From Epiperipatus broadwayi (taxonomy: Eukaryota; Animalia; Onychophora): a stretch of DNA of 64,000 bases. Made by a program: the position numbers and the translations under genes. Positions 25,628-38,650 of this stretch are shown piece by piece; positions within the stretch are counted from its first letter, which is position 1; each line of letters begins with the position of its first letter. Where the stretch lies: assembly GCA_028023455.1 (NCBI GenBank), contig JAQFVV010000007.1, positions 4,092,001-4,156,000 of the forward strand, read 5' to 3'. The notes below the pieces were generated by a model. The model saw only the letters and a list, made by a program, of their open reading frames with translations, searched no databases and had not been told where the DNA came from.

Positions 25628-27259
25628 TGTTTACCAACTTGTGAATTACTACTAAAAGGTGAAATATTTTTTGTAAAAGCATAAATAAAGTTTGAATTTT
25701 TTTAAAAAAACCATCAGTCTGGCATTACAATGTTTCAGTTTTATTTCTATAACTGATTATCTGGTTAGTTCTCTTTAGTAAAGTTATATGTAGAAATATC
25801 TGATCAGGATGCAAAACTTGAATTTGATAAAAAAACATTTTTAGCTTGGAAGGATCAAGTTTCATGTAATATAATGTTGTTATCAATTATGTTTTTTTTA
25901 CATAATATGTCTGTTAAATGTAACATAATATCTTTTAGAATATGTAAGTATTATTATCTAAATGCAAATTAAGAAATTCTTTGACAAAGCACTATGACCA
26001 AACACTTCATCATTATCAATGATACTTTGCTATTGCTTACCAGTCTCTTAGTACGATTTATTTTGATATCTTAATATTTAGAATTCTATTTTGAGTTTCA
26101 ACATTGTTATTACTGGAATTACTTTTTAGTGTATATTTGTTTATTAAAAAGTATAATGGAATTCATTCTAATACAGTACTGATTGTTATCTTGTTGGTTT
26201 GTCTTCAGAGTCTCTGCTGGTATATTTGTATAATTTACTTGATAGTACTTCTAAAATTCTTTCATTTAAATTTAATAAGTTATATTAATGTGCAAAATAG
26301 CTCTTCAATAAATTCTCTCTTTTGAATCAAAGTGTTTATAATCATCATCATCATCAATTCAATTTCAGTTTATTCTACGAAGTGAATGCAAAATATATTG
26401 CAATTATTTGAAAACTCCAAACAAGAAAAATCTTGTGTGAGGAGCTTACATGTAAAAATTAACAAATTAATCAAAACAAAAAAAAATTCAGCAAAGTCAC
26501 AAATAGCAAAAGAATGAAATGCAGTTAAAAAAAACCCCAGGGAAATAAATATAAAACTATGAATATAAATAGATAACAAAATTAACATATATTGTGCAAA
26601 CTATTGGAGCAAATGTTTTTTAAAAATATATAACAAATATTATTCAAATCATAGACATATAGTCTTCTACTAGATTCCTTAAAAAACTTAGTAAAGCTAA
26701 CTGAAATCTATTACAAAGACAAGGATTTTGAATAAAAACTCTAGGGTGCAGAAAAAGTCTATTATAAAAATGTGAAGAATGATTACATATAGATATAAGT
26801 GATTAACATCAAATATATTTTGCTTAATAAATATATTTTAAACAGAAGAAAATTGAGATCTACCAAAAATGATGGTAATAATAATAACAACAATAATATT
26901 CTGCATAATTTAACTCATTAAACAATTTCCCCTCTAAGTTTTGAGTTGAATTCCAGAATTTCTTTGCTTACTAAATAGATGATCTTGAATCTACTATTAA
27001 AGTGCATAATTGAGGACCTGAAACGTAAAGGTCCATGGGTCATAATTTATCTGTGTCACATCCAGTATGCTTACATCTTATGATTTCTGAAGCAAAACAT
27101 ACTGAATTATCTTGGCCTGTGTTGTAAATATTCTGATTAACATGAATGATATTTATTTTGTAAAGATTACAGTGTGTACCACTGAAAAGGTAACTGGTTT
27201 TCTCTTCAAGTTTGCTATCTCTAAATTAACATGTGTTATATAGTGATGCATTTTAGATA

Positions 27260-27510
27260 TTAACCACAAATATTTAGGATGGTAGCATCTATGGATTGCA
27301 AATTATGACATGAAATGTAACTGTGTTTTATATCTTCAATGCTCTCCCTGCTATCATAAAATCTTGCCCCAAACCATTTGAAAATATTTTTATGACTCAT
27401 GGTTTTCCTGCTATACACAGGTTGAATCATTTTACATATTTCAGTAGAAGTTTTTACCAATTTAAAACAAAATTTAATGTTAGCCCATGTGGGTTTAAGA
27501 TACAAACATG
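27260..27510 (-). pseudogene. Mariner transposase N-terminal (HTH) fragment
   Basis: ANIKFCFKLVKTSTEICKMIQPVYSRKTMSHKNIFKWF..RFYDSRESIED matches the mariner N-terminus. Confidence 0.8.
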
Positions 27511-28369
27511 ATCTAGGCTTGCTAGCGCCATAAAATCTTTTGCAGGTCAGCTTGGAGAGGGATCAGTCATCCTGGCAACAGGGAACAGCATATAAAATGA
27601 ATCATCAGATGTGTTTATTGGAACGATATGGTTAATAATAAAATAGGTCAGAGAACAGCATTTTTAAAGCTTTTAATAAAGGTTAATTACCTGTAAAATA
27701 AATTGAAATACAGCTTTGGATGACATTATAAAACAAACTACTCTATCAGCGTGTGACATATGTGGATATGTGACGAATGCGCTCATTTTATTCTTTTTAT
27801 TAATATTTAAAAGTAAACTGTTTTATTACTATATATGATTTTATATTATAGATGAAAGCATGTATATATGTTTACTAGACACAACGTGTACTTTATAAAA
27901 TTTTATTTTAACTCTAAAAGGTATTTATGCAAAATATTTCTTGACTATTTATTTTTCCTGATTGAAAAATAAATAGTGAAGAATAGAACGGAAAGATTAA
28001 TTAAATGTTGTTAAATGCTTGAGGCATATTTTCCAAAAATAAAAGAATAAATAAAACATTTGTCAGTTTTGTTACGGGTGTTAAAATGAAAACATATAAA
28101 GTAATTAATATAATCTATTGCATCTTGATAATTGTTTAATTTTATTAATAAGAATTAAATAATAGCGAATTGAACAAGCGATTTTTAAAAAAATATATAT
28201 ATAAAAACTATTTTATATACAGTATATATATTTTCTTGTTCTATGTACTATTTTGTTCACACTGCGATCTTATATTATCCATGAATATTTTATATTTTTA
28301 AAAATAATATTCATGATGAAAAGAGAGTGAAGAGAAATGAAGGAAAATATAATAATAAAAAAGCTGATT

Positions 28370-28820
28370 AAAATTTGCTGATTATAATTAACAAAAAGAG
28401 TTATAATGATTTAAAGGAAATGAAGATTGATAGTAAACAATGGATATCTATTCCATTTATTTCAAATCCACAAGTGAAATTTTTTAAGAATATATATAAA
28501 AACGTGTTTAATGTTTTATTCTATGTTCCAAATAATGTTAATAAATTAGTAAATAATTCTAAAAATGTCATACCTGTCAAGCAGAAAAGTAGTATCATAT
28601 ATCATTTTTTTGTGACTGTATGTTATCTTATATAAGTGAATTGAGGTGCAGTATTGAGAAGAAATTAAAGGAGCACGATTTGTTATATAAGCATGTAAAA
28701 AGTAAGAATACTGGTGATTTAGTGACTGCTTCAGTTTTCTTTGATCATGAAAATACATTTGCTTCCGCTTTTTTTTTTTTAAATTTAATGGCAGTTGAGG
28801 CAGGTTTAAGAAATTAACCG
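28370..28820 (+). pseudogene. Penelope-like GIY-YIG endonuclease region remnant
   Basis: WISIPFIS...NVIPVKQKSSIIYHF and SYISELRCSIEKKLKEH resemble PLE PY+...KS.+VY...C..YIG.T.R.L..R+KEH. Confidence 0.65.
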
Positions 28821-29809
28821 AAAGTACTTCTGCAGATTAAAAGACTGTTTATAATAGTTTATTATTGTTAAATTTATTATTTTTAGTATGATTACAATTA
28901 TAATTAATGCATATTAGTTGTTATCACTATTATATATTGTTAATTGTATAAAGTTGACTTAAATTCAAGTTTCCAGTTGTTTTTAATATGAAAATTTTTC
29001 CCAAAATAATGAAAAAAATGATCCATGTAAATTAAATCAATATTAAGTGTAATCAAATTAATATTGATTTTTGGCTATTGCATCAGTCTATGAAACAAAA
29101 ACAGCTCTGCTGTAAGCTTGAATTACTTTAGTGTATTTAAATCTTCATCTCCAGCCTGAATTTCTTATTTTTGTCTTTATCAGTGAGATTTGATATTCAG
29201 AGCTCTATTTTATACATGGTTATTGAACTGAAGCCACATTTTTATAATTGTTCAAGTAGATTCATTTGGCTTCAAAAGTTTAGACTGATTTGAATTTTTA
29301 ACTTGAATAATAAATGGAAGTTAAAGATGGCCACAAGATGCATAGTTTTATTCCTATTAGCTTTAAATTCCAAAACCAGAAACCAGTCTGGGGATGAGAA
29401 TCTGAATATACTAAGACTCTTGATAATCACTGATTACTCAAATTAGATGGCACTAGAATAGAAATAAATTTTTCTTGTTTTATAATATTGTGTGAGTTGA
29501 TTAATTAAATGATTTGCTATTATTCTACCAATTCACAATATTTTCAATGCAATATAGAAAGTAATTTTATAAATGTTTCTTCCCACACATTTTGAAATGA
29601 TATTTTGCCATTAAGAAAATGCAGCATATATTTAGAGTGTCCCATAACCATGAATGACTATCTCACCAAGTTATCCTCAGCACTTACTCGAAATCAATTT
29701 ATGTGTTATGTAGTGACATAATTTAAGTATTTGCTACAAAAATGTTAAGATTGATCACAAATTATGACATGAAATGTTATTGGTGTATTTCATATCTTAA
29801 TCCATGATG

Positions 29810-29975
29810 GAATAAACATTAGTAGTAAATTTTGTTTTAATTTGGACAAAATGGTTCCTAACATGTTTTAAATGATTCAAATTATATATGGCAGTGAAGC
29901 CATGAATCACAAAAATATTTTTAAATGGTTTGAAAGATTTCATGATGGCATGAAGAGCACTGAAGATGATCTATG
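29810..29975 (+). pseudogene. Mariner transposase N-terminal fragment (same family as 27260-27510)
   Basis: SKFCFNLDK...MIQIIYGSEAMNHKNIFKWFERFHDGMKSTEDD. Confidence 0.75.
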
Positions 29976-32882
29976 AAAGTCCAAATACAGCATCTCATTT
30001 TGTGTCATGATTCATAATTCATTTACCTGGATTCATGGTAAAAAAACTAATCATTTTTCCTAGGATATCTATCTATAATATGGAATTTGCACATCTCTTG
30101 TTCCATTTTTACAAAGTTATATGCTTGCATGCATTCACTCTTCACAGTACAAATGCATGCTTATATAAATAATAAGTTTGCAAATAATTGCATATTAATA
30201 TTTAATTTGATTAATCTTTTTTTTATAAAACTTTGGAATGAACTCTACAATATACAAAATATTCAAGATGGTGATCATGCCATAAGCTGTCTCTAGCTAT
30301 TGTTTATTTTTATATATTGATATTTTATATATTGTAGAATTTATTCCAGAATTTGGTGTTTATTATATATTATTTTATATTTCTATAATTTTGTTTTAAA
30401 CTTCGTCAATAATATATAATGTATTTTACATATTTGTGTTAATATGCTTTACAAAGTGTATGATTATTCTTTCTTGATTGTCTTTTGGTTTTTCATTTAG
30501 TTTAATATATTTTCAGTGCTGTGCACCATAATCATATATTCAGTATTGTAACAGTCAGATTTGTACACTCATGCAACAAAATTCAGAGCCCAAGCAAAAT
30601 ATACCAAAGCTGACCGGAGTGAGGTGGTTGAGACCTCTAATCCACCAACTCCAACTCATCTGCCCGTACTTCAAATTTAACACCTTATGAGTGACATTCC
30701 TGAGGCTAAATTCAGTCCTTACTTAACCACGAGCCAACATAGAACAGGTAGAAACACGAGACTCAAGGTCATTACTAACCTAACTAAATAAGTGATATAT
30801 ATAACACTTAACACTCTATTAATCTTAACTACCAGACATACACATATAGCATATAAACTCATTAAGAAATTGGAGTAATGAACTGTGACATTTAATAATA
30901 TACTGTGGATTGGATAAAATACTAAGGATTGGATAAGATACTGTGGTTTGGTTTGATCTAGAGTCTGAGCAAGAAAGATATACAACAGTTTATATCAAAA
31001 AGGATTTATTAAAACAATAACAAATGATCTAACACAAAACATCATAATGGCAGGGATTGTATAATCTTCACAAGGTATTCAATACAGGCAAGCATGTTAC
31101 AATAGTTGGGACTGTTATCAAGTACATCTGTTCCCTTTTAAACATATTACAATACATGTGTGTGTGAGTTATAGAGGTCATGCCTAATTATTTAATATGC
31201 TCATCTTATGAACTTGACTTGCTTAAGTTAGAAGTTGATACTTTAGTAGAGATGATGATGAGTACAGCCAGTTGTAATGGCTGTTATATATACTAATAAA
31301 ATGAGCAACTAAATAAACTCAGAATCATGCAGATTCAAACTCCAGTCTAAAGCTGAATGATTAATTACTATGGGAAAAAGAACTGGTTACCATTAGGTCC
31401 ACATATATGCGCTATGGCGCTATATAAAATATTAAAGAAATAAACTTGCAGTGCGAGTGTGTGATTCTTCAAGAGTTTCAGCATCAAATGCTCGGTTTGC
31501 TCTGAGACCGATGGTTTGCTGCTATTGATATATGAACATAAAATTCAGGAAGTCGGATTGGCTTTATGGAAAAATCTGGGTCCTCACGCCCCCAGTTCTA
31601 ATGAAGATAGCCATAACCCAAACTAAATAAAGGGGCGTTTTGTTACCGTGAACCCTTGTCAGAGGCAGCAAAACGTAACATATATAAGTGTACTATATAA
31701 AAACACACCCGCAATGCACGCAATATATATATAAAAAGCAATAAGTATGCATATAATTAATTGCACCTAAAACAGATAGCTTTTATCTGTCAAGCTAATT
31801 CAAAACAGTTCTTAAAATTAGCATTATAAGTATGCTAATAAAATGGGCTTAAACTACATAAAAATAATCTAGTTAAGATCCTGAATCTGCATATAAAGAT
31901 TCTTAATTAAGGAGGGAAAGTATATTCGATGGGACTTAATACAAACATTAGCAAATATACTTTATCATCTCTAGACAATATATATATCCCCTTCCAACTA
32001 ATAAATATCAAAGGTTATAATATAAGGTCGGTTAAGCAAATCTTAAAAAATACGATTTTACAATATATATATAACTATGATAACAACGAGTGGTTAGCGC
32101 ATTCGCTTATTACCAATATTATAATTTCGAAACAATGATTCAATAAAATAAACAAGGCTTTTAAAATGTCTAAGTGAAGATTACAATTATCTCCTTTATA
32201 AATTACTTACTTAGTTTCATTGTTTTGAAATCTGAGCATATTATCACATATTAAACCTAACAAAATGCATTTAAACAAAAATATCAAAATTACTGAAATT
32301 AGGCAAGACCGTTAGTTTGTAGGAATTGAAGAGAATAAATTTCGGACATTTAATGAGGGTAAAAAAAAATAATATGAAATCTTTTAATTCATAAAAGATT
32401 TCAGCAGTTTATAAAATTAAAGTAAGTGATTTTTCTTTCTTTTACATTATATATAAAGTTACACAGATTGTTAGTTTCCTTTTAGAAGAGGGCAAAAATT
32501 AAAGAGTTTCTTTATAATTTAGATAGAACGTTCTTTTTAAAGTGTTATAAGAATTTATAGATTAAAGTTCATACCGCAGCTTTTTTAAAAATGATTACCA
32601 TCTCTCTGCCTCCTTGATTGGACTTGAAGCGTATATCAATGATAGTGATTGAAATAGGGCATCTGACAGCATCATAATCTTCAGTGGCCTTTCAGATAGG
32701 TTAAATTTCTTCATATTCTCCATGCAGGTTGCTGGAAAGTCTATTCAAAGGAATGTTTAGAGGAACTGAGAGCAGCCATCTGGCTTAAGAGCCAGTAAAT
32801 ATATTATTTTACTTGATCATTTTGGATTCTGGTCTCCACAACAATTTACAGGAAAAAAAAAACTAAAGAGAGATAACTTCAA

Positions 32883-33379
32883 AAAAATCTGCAATATTTA
32901 TATTCCCTAGATCAAAAGCCAGCGACTATCTATTTTAAAACACAATTCAAACTTCTTCTAAGTTTTAGCCTTAGGTCTCTTTTGATTCTTCTCTTTTTTT
33001 TATCTTGTTGCCCAAACTTTTACTGGTTTGATCTGGGAAAAGAAATTCATTACAATCGTAATGAATGAGCTCTAGAACAATGTCAATAACCTAGGGACCA
33101 TCTGATCCCACCTGCGAATTATTCTAAATAAAAATCTGCGATATCTATATTCCCTAGATCAAAAGCCAGTGACTATCTATTTTAAAACACAATTCAAACT
33201 TCTAAGTTTTACAGCAGTCTGTCTCTTTTGATTCTAATCTCTCTTTTTTTTATCTTGTTGCCAAATTTTTACTGGTTTGATCTGGGAAAAGAAATTCATT
33301 ACAATCGTAATGAATGAGATCTAAAACAATGTCAATAACCTAGGGACCATCTGATCTCACCTGCGAATTATTCTAAATA
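32883..33379. repeat. Tandem duplication of a 247-bp unit
   Basis: 32883-33129 and 33130-33379 are near-identical (aaaaatctgc...gaattattctaaata). Confidence 0.92.
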
Positions 33380-33589
33380 GTTTTATTACCAATCTGTGAA
33401 TTTCGCATGTGATTTATAATTTACCTAAACCAAACTTGTTAAAGAATATTTAGCCACATTTTCTAAACAAAATAACCCTTATACAATATATTATTTATAT
33501 AAATGCTGTGATATATCCATACAAAAATTAATATCATTATCATTTACAGGTGCTTGTACGTGTGACAATAAACATACAATTGTTTGAAT

Positions 33590-33725
33590 ACATATAAAAC
33601 TGTGATTATATATATAACTGTATAAATGAATATATCGCTGTGTGGACACATACAACTGTGCAAACATATATATACAGCTGTGTAAAGGCATATATATACC
33701 ACTGTGTAGATACATACACACTTGT
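33590..33725. repeat. Degenerate ~20-bp minisatellite (acatatata..ctgtgt)
   Basis: Visible recurring unit. It explains the low-complexity ORFs at 33491-33762. Confidence 0.6.
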
Positions 33726-34382
33726 ACCAAAGAGTGTTCAAAACTGGCATAGATGTCTCCATGGAGACCTAAAGGTGAAACAGATAGGAGGACAGTAATA
33801 TCTGTTTCAGTATGTTGTTGTTATTAATATATAAATAAGCTGATCTACATTGTCCAGCTATTCGATACAGAAATACTAAATATATATTTATAATGTTATG
33901 AGACTATTTTAATTTTAATTTTTTTTGTTTTTTTAATTTTTTTATTTTAAAAACAAAATTATTATTTAAAAAAAATTATTTCAAAATGTCTGGACCCTTT
34001 TTTTATGTATCCACTGATTCTCTCTTAAGAACCTAGTTATCCCTCTGATTTAAACTCCGATTATGTGCTTGGCATTTGAATGCCTTACTTTTAAGTCCCA
34101 AGATTTTTCATATTATGACTCTATACATATTTCTCATTTGTAAATAAAAATTGAGATTGATATAATTTATATTAAAAGAAAATATAAAATTACATTTGCT
34201 AAATTTAGATACAGAAAGAAAAGGGATAATAAAAAAACTGTCAACTTACTTTTAAATAGATGATGTGATTGTTGTTAGTGATATACCATGTCTTTTTCAC
34301 TTTTCTTTCCCCATCATCTGGCTCCATGCAAACAATTTTTCTTTATATAGCTTAATATTTAAAAATATTCGAGGTAGAAAAA

Positions 34383-34659
34383 ACAACCACGTCATTAACA
34401 AAAGGGAAAACAGTATCCAACTCTTAAGCAAGTGGAATATTTAAATAGTTAATTTAAATAATTGGTACTTCCTCAATAAATACTGCAGCACATCCAGCCA
34501 ACCCATGATTATTATGAATCTGTTTCTAAACCCAAAGCAAACTCAGCTATGTTTAATAAAAACAAATACATGTAATAAATCTTTTCTTTATTCAACATTT
34601 GAAACATTTTAGCCAATTTATTATAAACACAAACAAAAAAGTTAATAATGAATTTTACA
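34383..34659 (+). repeat. ~275-bp direct repeat, copy 1
   Basis: acaaccac/tg...agtatccaactct..agcaag...catccagccaacc..tga...tatgtttaataaaaacaaata is shared with 36816-37091. Confidence 0.85.
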
Positions 34660-34899
34660 TTATAATAAGGATAACTGACAATTATTTACGATGACAATGA
34701 AACTGTGTAAAACGTGTTCAAAACTGCAAGAAGTGCTTGTATTTTTTCATGAACTGCTTAAAATATCAAGTATTCCCCAACTATTACCATATATATTAAC
34801 AACTCACTACATCAACATGAGAGAGTATTATTATACTTAAAAATACAGTTATTAAAACACATAATTCGAGCATGCAAAAGGGCATCAATGAATGAAGGA

Positions 34900-36200
34900 A
34901 ATGAAGAATGTTAAATTTTTATAAAATACCAAGTATAACAATCGAATGCTTTGGAGTGATATCTCAGCAATTAAATTTTAACTATAATAAAAAACTAAAA
35001 TTCCTCACACTGAAACAAGGAGTACAAATAAACTCCATCCCTATTGAATGCCTTGTCAATTTTCAAACATTCGAGTTCCAGAAAAAATAAGAACAATATT
35101 GGAATACAATCCAAAGTTCATAGGAGGCACATAAAAAAATTCACATTTGGAAATGATATGAAATTGTGCCAAATAAAAAAAATATTTTTAAACAATTAGC
35201 ACATACATTGTATTCTATTTTAGATAAACCAGAAAAGAGAACATGGAATAAAACCATAGGCAATTGCAAACAGTATATTTAAAAGAAGATAAAGGCTACT
35301 GATTCATGACGGTAAAAACTGATGAATACATACAAAAACAGCAATTCAAATAAAAAACTAAATTTTAAGTACATCAAATAATACACTGCTAAAAGCACAC
35401 AAAATAAATTTATAATGGACATATTACAAAAAGACTGCAGCAAAGCATATAATAGAATTGAATACTTAAAACTGTATCCCATCAGGAACAATTCTCTCTT
35501 GAATATATTTTTGAACATTAAGCTACAAAATAATAATTATCCTCTCCACTCAATGGTGGATTTTGGCAGAGCCTATTACTATAACACCACAAAAACTATA
35601 GTGGAGTGGTTAGCTGCTCATCTAGATTTTAGAAAATTTAGAATAAAATTCTCTCTAGAACTGGTGTAGTCTATCAAAATAGTACAGATCAAAGAAAACT
35701 ATAGATTGGCATCACTAGATATTACCAAATTATATGGTTCAGTCTTGCATAGGTAGTCTGTAAACATTATACAAATGATATTACTGAGATTGGAATACAA
35801 TCCTCTAAAATAAGATTTTATGATAAATATGCTTAATTGAATCTGCAAAGATAACATTGCAAAATTTGATAATAAATTTTACAATATGAAAAAGTCATGG
35901 CCTATGAGTCTACTTATAAATGGGATTATATGCAGACTAACTTTATCCAATGCTGAAGAAAGTATTATATCCAACTTTATAGAAAAAGATCCCAATATTA
36001 TTTACAAACAATATGTGGATAAAATATTAATAAACAACTCCATTGAAATTATCAGACAACTATGCAAATTACTAGAACAAAAAACAGCCCTCAAATGGAT
36101 AATCGAACAAGAAAACATCTTCAGAGATCTGGAATTTTTAGATCATACATCCAAAGAAATAATAATCAGATTTCAAAATGATCATAAAGCACTTTGAAAG
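34900..36200 (+). pseudogene. Degraded non-LTR retrotransposon RT-like remnant
   Basis: FLTLKQGVQINSIP resembles the RT G+.QG..SP motif. ILQKDCSKAYNRIEYLK resembles an RT C-terminal segment. The similarity is weak. Confidence 0.4.
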
Positions 36201-36815
36201 TAAACTTGCACCCCTCTTTCCCCAATCCCCCATCTCTATGACACATAAACTCTCCAAAATAAAAGATTTCTTAAAAAGAAAGCTTAGATTTTGCAAATAT
36301 AAAAACAGATAAAAAAGTAAACATAGATGCCTACACGAAGGATTTATGCAGAATAGATTATAACAGAAACACTTTACTAAACACAATTACAAACATTCTA
36401 TAAAGAATAAAACAATCAGTCCAACATCAAGAGGAAAGCATACCATATACCCCAAATTCACACACAAAATAAAAATAACTGTTCTACAACATACAATATA
36501 AGTTTCTGAATCCCCCTAATCTTAAGATTATTAAACAACATAAAAGACAGACTATCCCTAGACCCAACATCTCAGATTGTGTATAAAATTAGTCACTGCT
36601 TGCAAATCAGTATATTACAGTGAATCAAGGGCAAATCCAAAAGTCAACATAAATATTTATACAAGTGAACAAAACATAACCCAGAATATAAATCAGGTTT
36701 TGGGAGCATAAACAAAAATTCAGTCATTCTTTTGACCCAATGAACATCAATAATGTTTGCATGGAGCAAAATTACAGAAAAGGAAAAGTGAAAAAGGCAT
36801 GGTGTATCACTAACA

Positions 36816-37091
36816 ACAACCATGTTATTAATAAAAAAAATAGTATCCAACTCTCAAGCAAGGGAAATTTTTAAATAGCTAATTTAAATAATTAGTGCTT
36901 CATCAATAAATATTGCAGCCTATCCAGCCAACCTATGAACACTATGAATCTGATGTTCCAAGCTAAAAGCACAGTCAGTTATGTTTAATAAAAACAAATA
37001 TATATAATAAATCTTTTCTTTAGCCAATGTTTGAAACATTTTGGCCAATTTATTACAAATAAGAATGGAAAAAATAACAATGAATTTTACT
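36816..37091 (+). repeat. ~275-bp direct repeat, copy 2
   Basis: See 34383-34659. Confidence 0.85.
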
Positions 37092-37449
37092 AGTAATTAT
37101 ACTAAACTTCTATCTTAACCATGATGTTGCCTATTGCACAAACAGACCTTTTGAAATAAAAATGAATTAAATATATTTATATATAAACTTACCATTTCAA
37201 CAACTAAATTCATATACAAATGCTCAATATCAAAAAATCATAAGATTGATGATCATAGAATCAAAAAGATTAACCATCAAAGTTTCTTGTATAATATATT
37301 ATGATCCATATTACATTTATGAATATACTAAGCTGAGTTATAATCTTTAACTCTTACTTTTCTTTTATGATATATACAATATTTTTGATTTTACAGGTGA
37401 TATTGTTGATAATATTTTGATTTTTTTTTTGCCTTGTCTTGAGAATCAT

Positions 37450-38650
37450 GATTGTGTTTTTAGTAGCTTAAATATTGGAAATATGTATCAAACAGTTGAT
37501 TGACTAAAAAGTATTAATGGCTTTATTTCTGTTTTGGAAAACATGAATATTTTTCTTTTAATAGAATTAGTATTATTTATAAATTTGCATTTATTATTAG
37601 AAGATTCAATGTATGTTGTATTTTATAAAATTAAAGAGGGATGAGTAATTGGTTATGTTATTCCTCCTTTAATGTGTTCTGTCTGTATTAATTTCTTAGA
37701 GATTATTGTTTTTAATCATTTTTCTGTTTCTTTGAAGTTATTTGTTAGATCTAGTGATAATTGTTTGTTTGTTATTGATTATAATAAATTGGAGGATTTT
37801 TAAAAATGGATTTAATATTTTTTATTTTAATATTAAATTTACTAATGAGGGGATGCTTTTAATTCTTTTAGATTAAAATTTTTAGAATTGAATATTGGTC
37901 AGATTAATGATACTTTATTTTGTAATCATTTTATTAAAAAAAAAAATTGAAAAATATGATAAGGCTTAAAAATTATCAACTTTCGAATAATTAGTAAAGT
38001 GCTTTAATAAACTTGATGTTTAATAATTTTGAAGGTAATGCTTTTATTTTCAAAGAAAACAATTTGCTTTGATTATATTGATTTGGTTTATCATTATGAT
38101 TTTATTAAAATATTATATTTAATAAAAATATTTGTAAGACTGATTTTAAAAATGTTAATATTAATGTGAAAAAAAATATTTCTTATCTTTTAAGTTTTCA
38201 ATTTATAAATTTATTAAAAATAATATTCATTTATTAAATGATATGAGGATTGTTTAAAAAAAGGACTTTATTTAAATTTATTATTAAATAAGTCAAAACA
38301 ATCTATTGATGGTAAACGTATTTTTGCTATAGTTTAGAAGATTCTTTGTAGGTGTCGTAAAATTTATTAAAGTCAGAGTAAATTGATTCTTAATGAAAAA
38401 GTTGAAGTTCATAAATTAGTTAAAAGTAGCTATCATAATCATGAACTGATATTTTTTAGAAAAAAACTTTGATGATTAATTTTCTTAATTGTGAGGTCAA
38501 CAATCTTATACAAACTTTTTTCGATATAAGGGTAATTGGTATTTGAAATTATTAGCCTGTTGTATATAAATGTGTTACGTTTAGATGATTTTCATTTGAG
38601 ATCTGTTTACACAATAGGCAAAATCATAATCATGATAAAATATTAATATA
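37450..38650 (+). pseudogene. Highly decayed Penelope-like RT/GIY-YIG remnant
   Basis: FVRSSDNCLFVIDYNKLEDF followed by NIKFTNE resembles RYVDD...NIKFT.E. A downstream segment resembles YIG.TK..L..R+.EH. Confidence 0.35.

Larger units (their letters stand above)
21640..25660 (+). mobile_element. Degraded Penelope-like retroelement (RT C-terminus, GIY-YIG and terminal repeat with hammerhead), interrupted by a hAT element
   Basis: Upstream fragments GMITGSS..NIYVEQ, SPLIKFTIEI, TIVYRK and ILKNGYP. Downstream of the hAT: YEISCHGGRLY (GIY-YIG-like), FNWEKTRIL and IWKPLI. These are followed by A/B-box-like motifs (25491-25560) and a hammerhead remnant (25587-25627). Confidence 0.75.

Noticed and set aside
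31700-31735. Possible Helitron 3' hairpin
   Set aside because: The hairpin is incomplete and there is no CTRR terminus at the expected distance.
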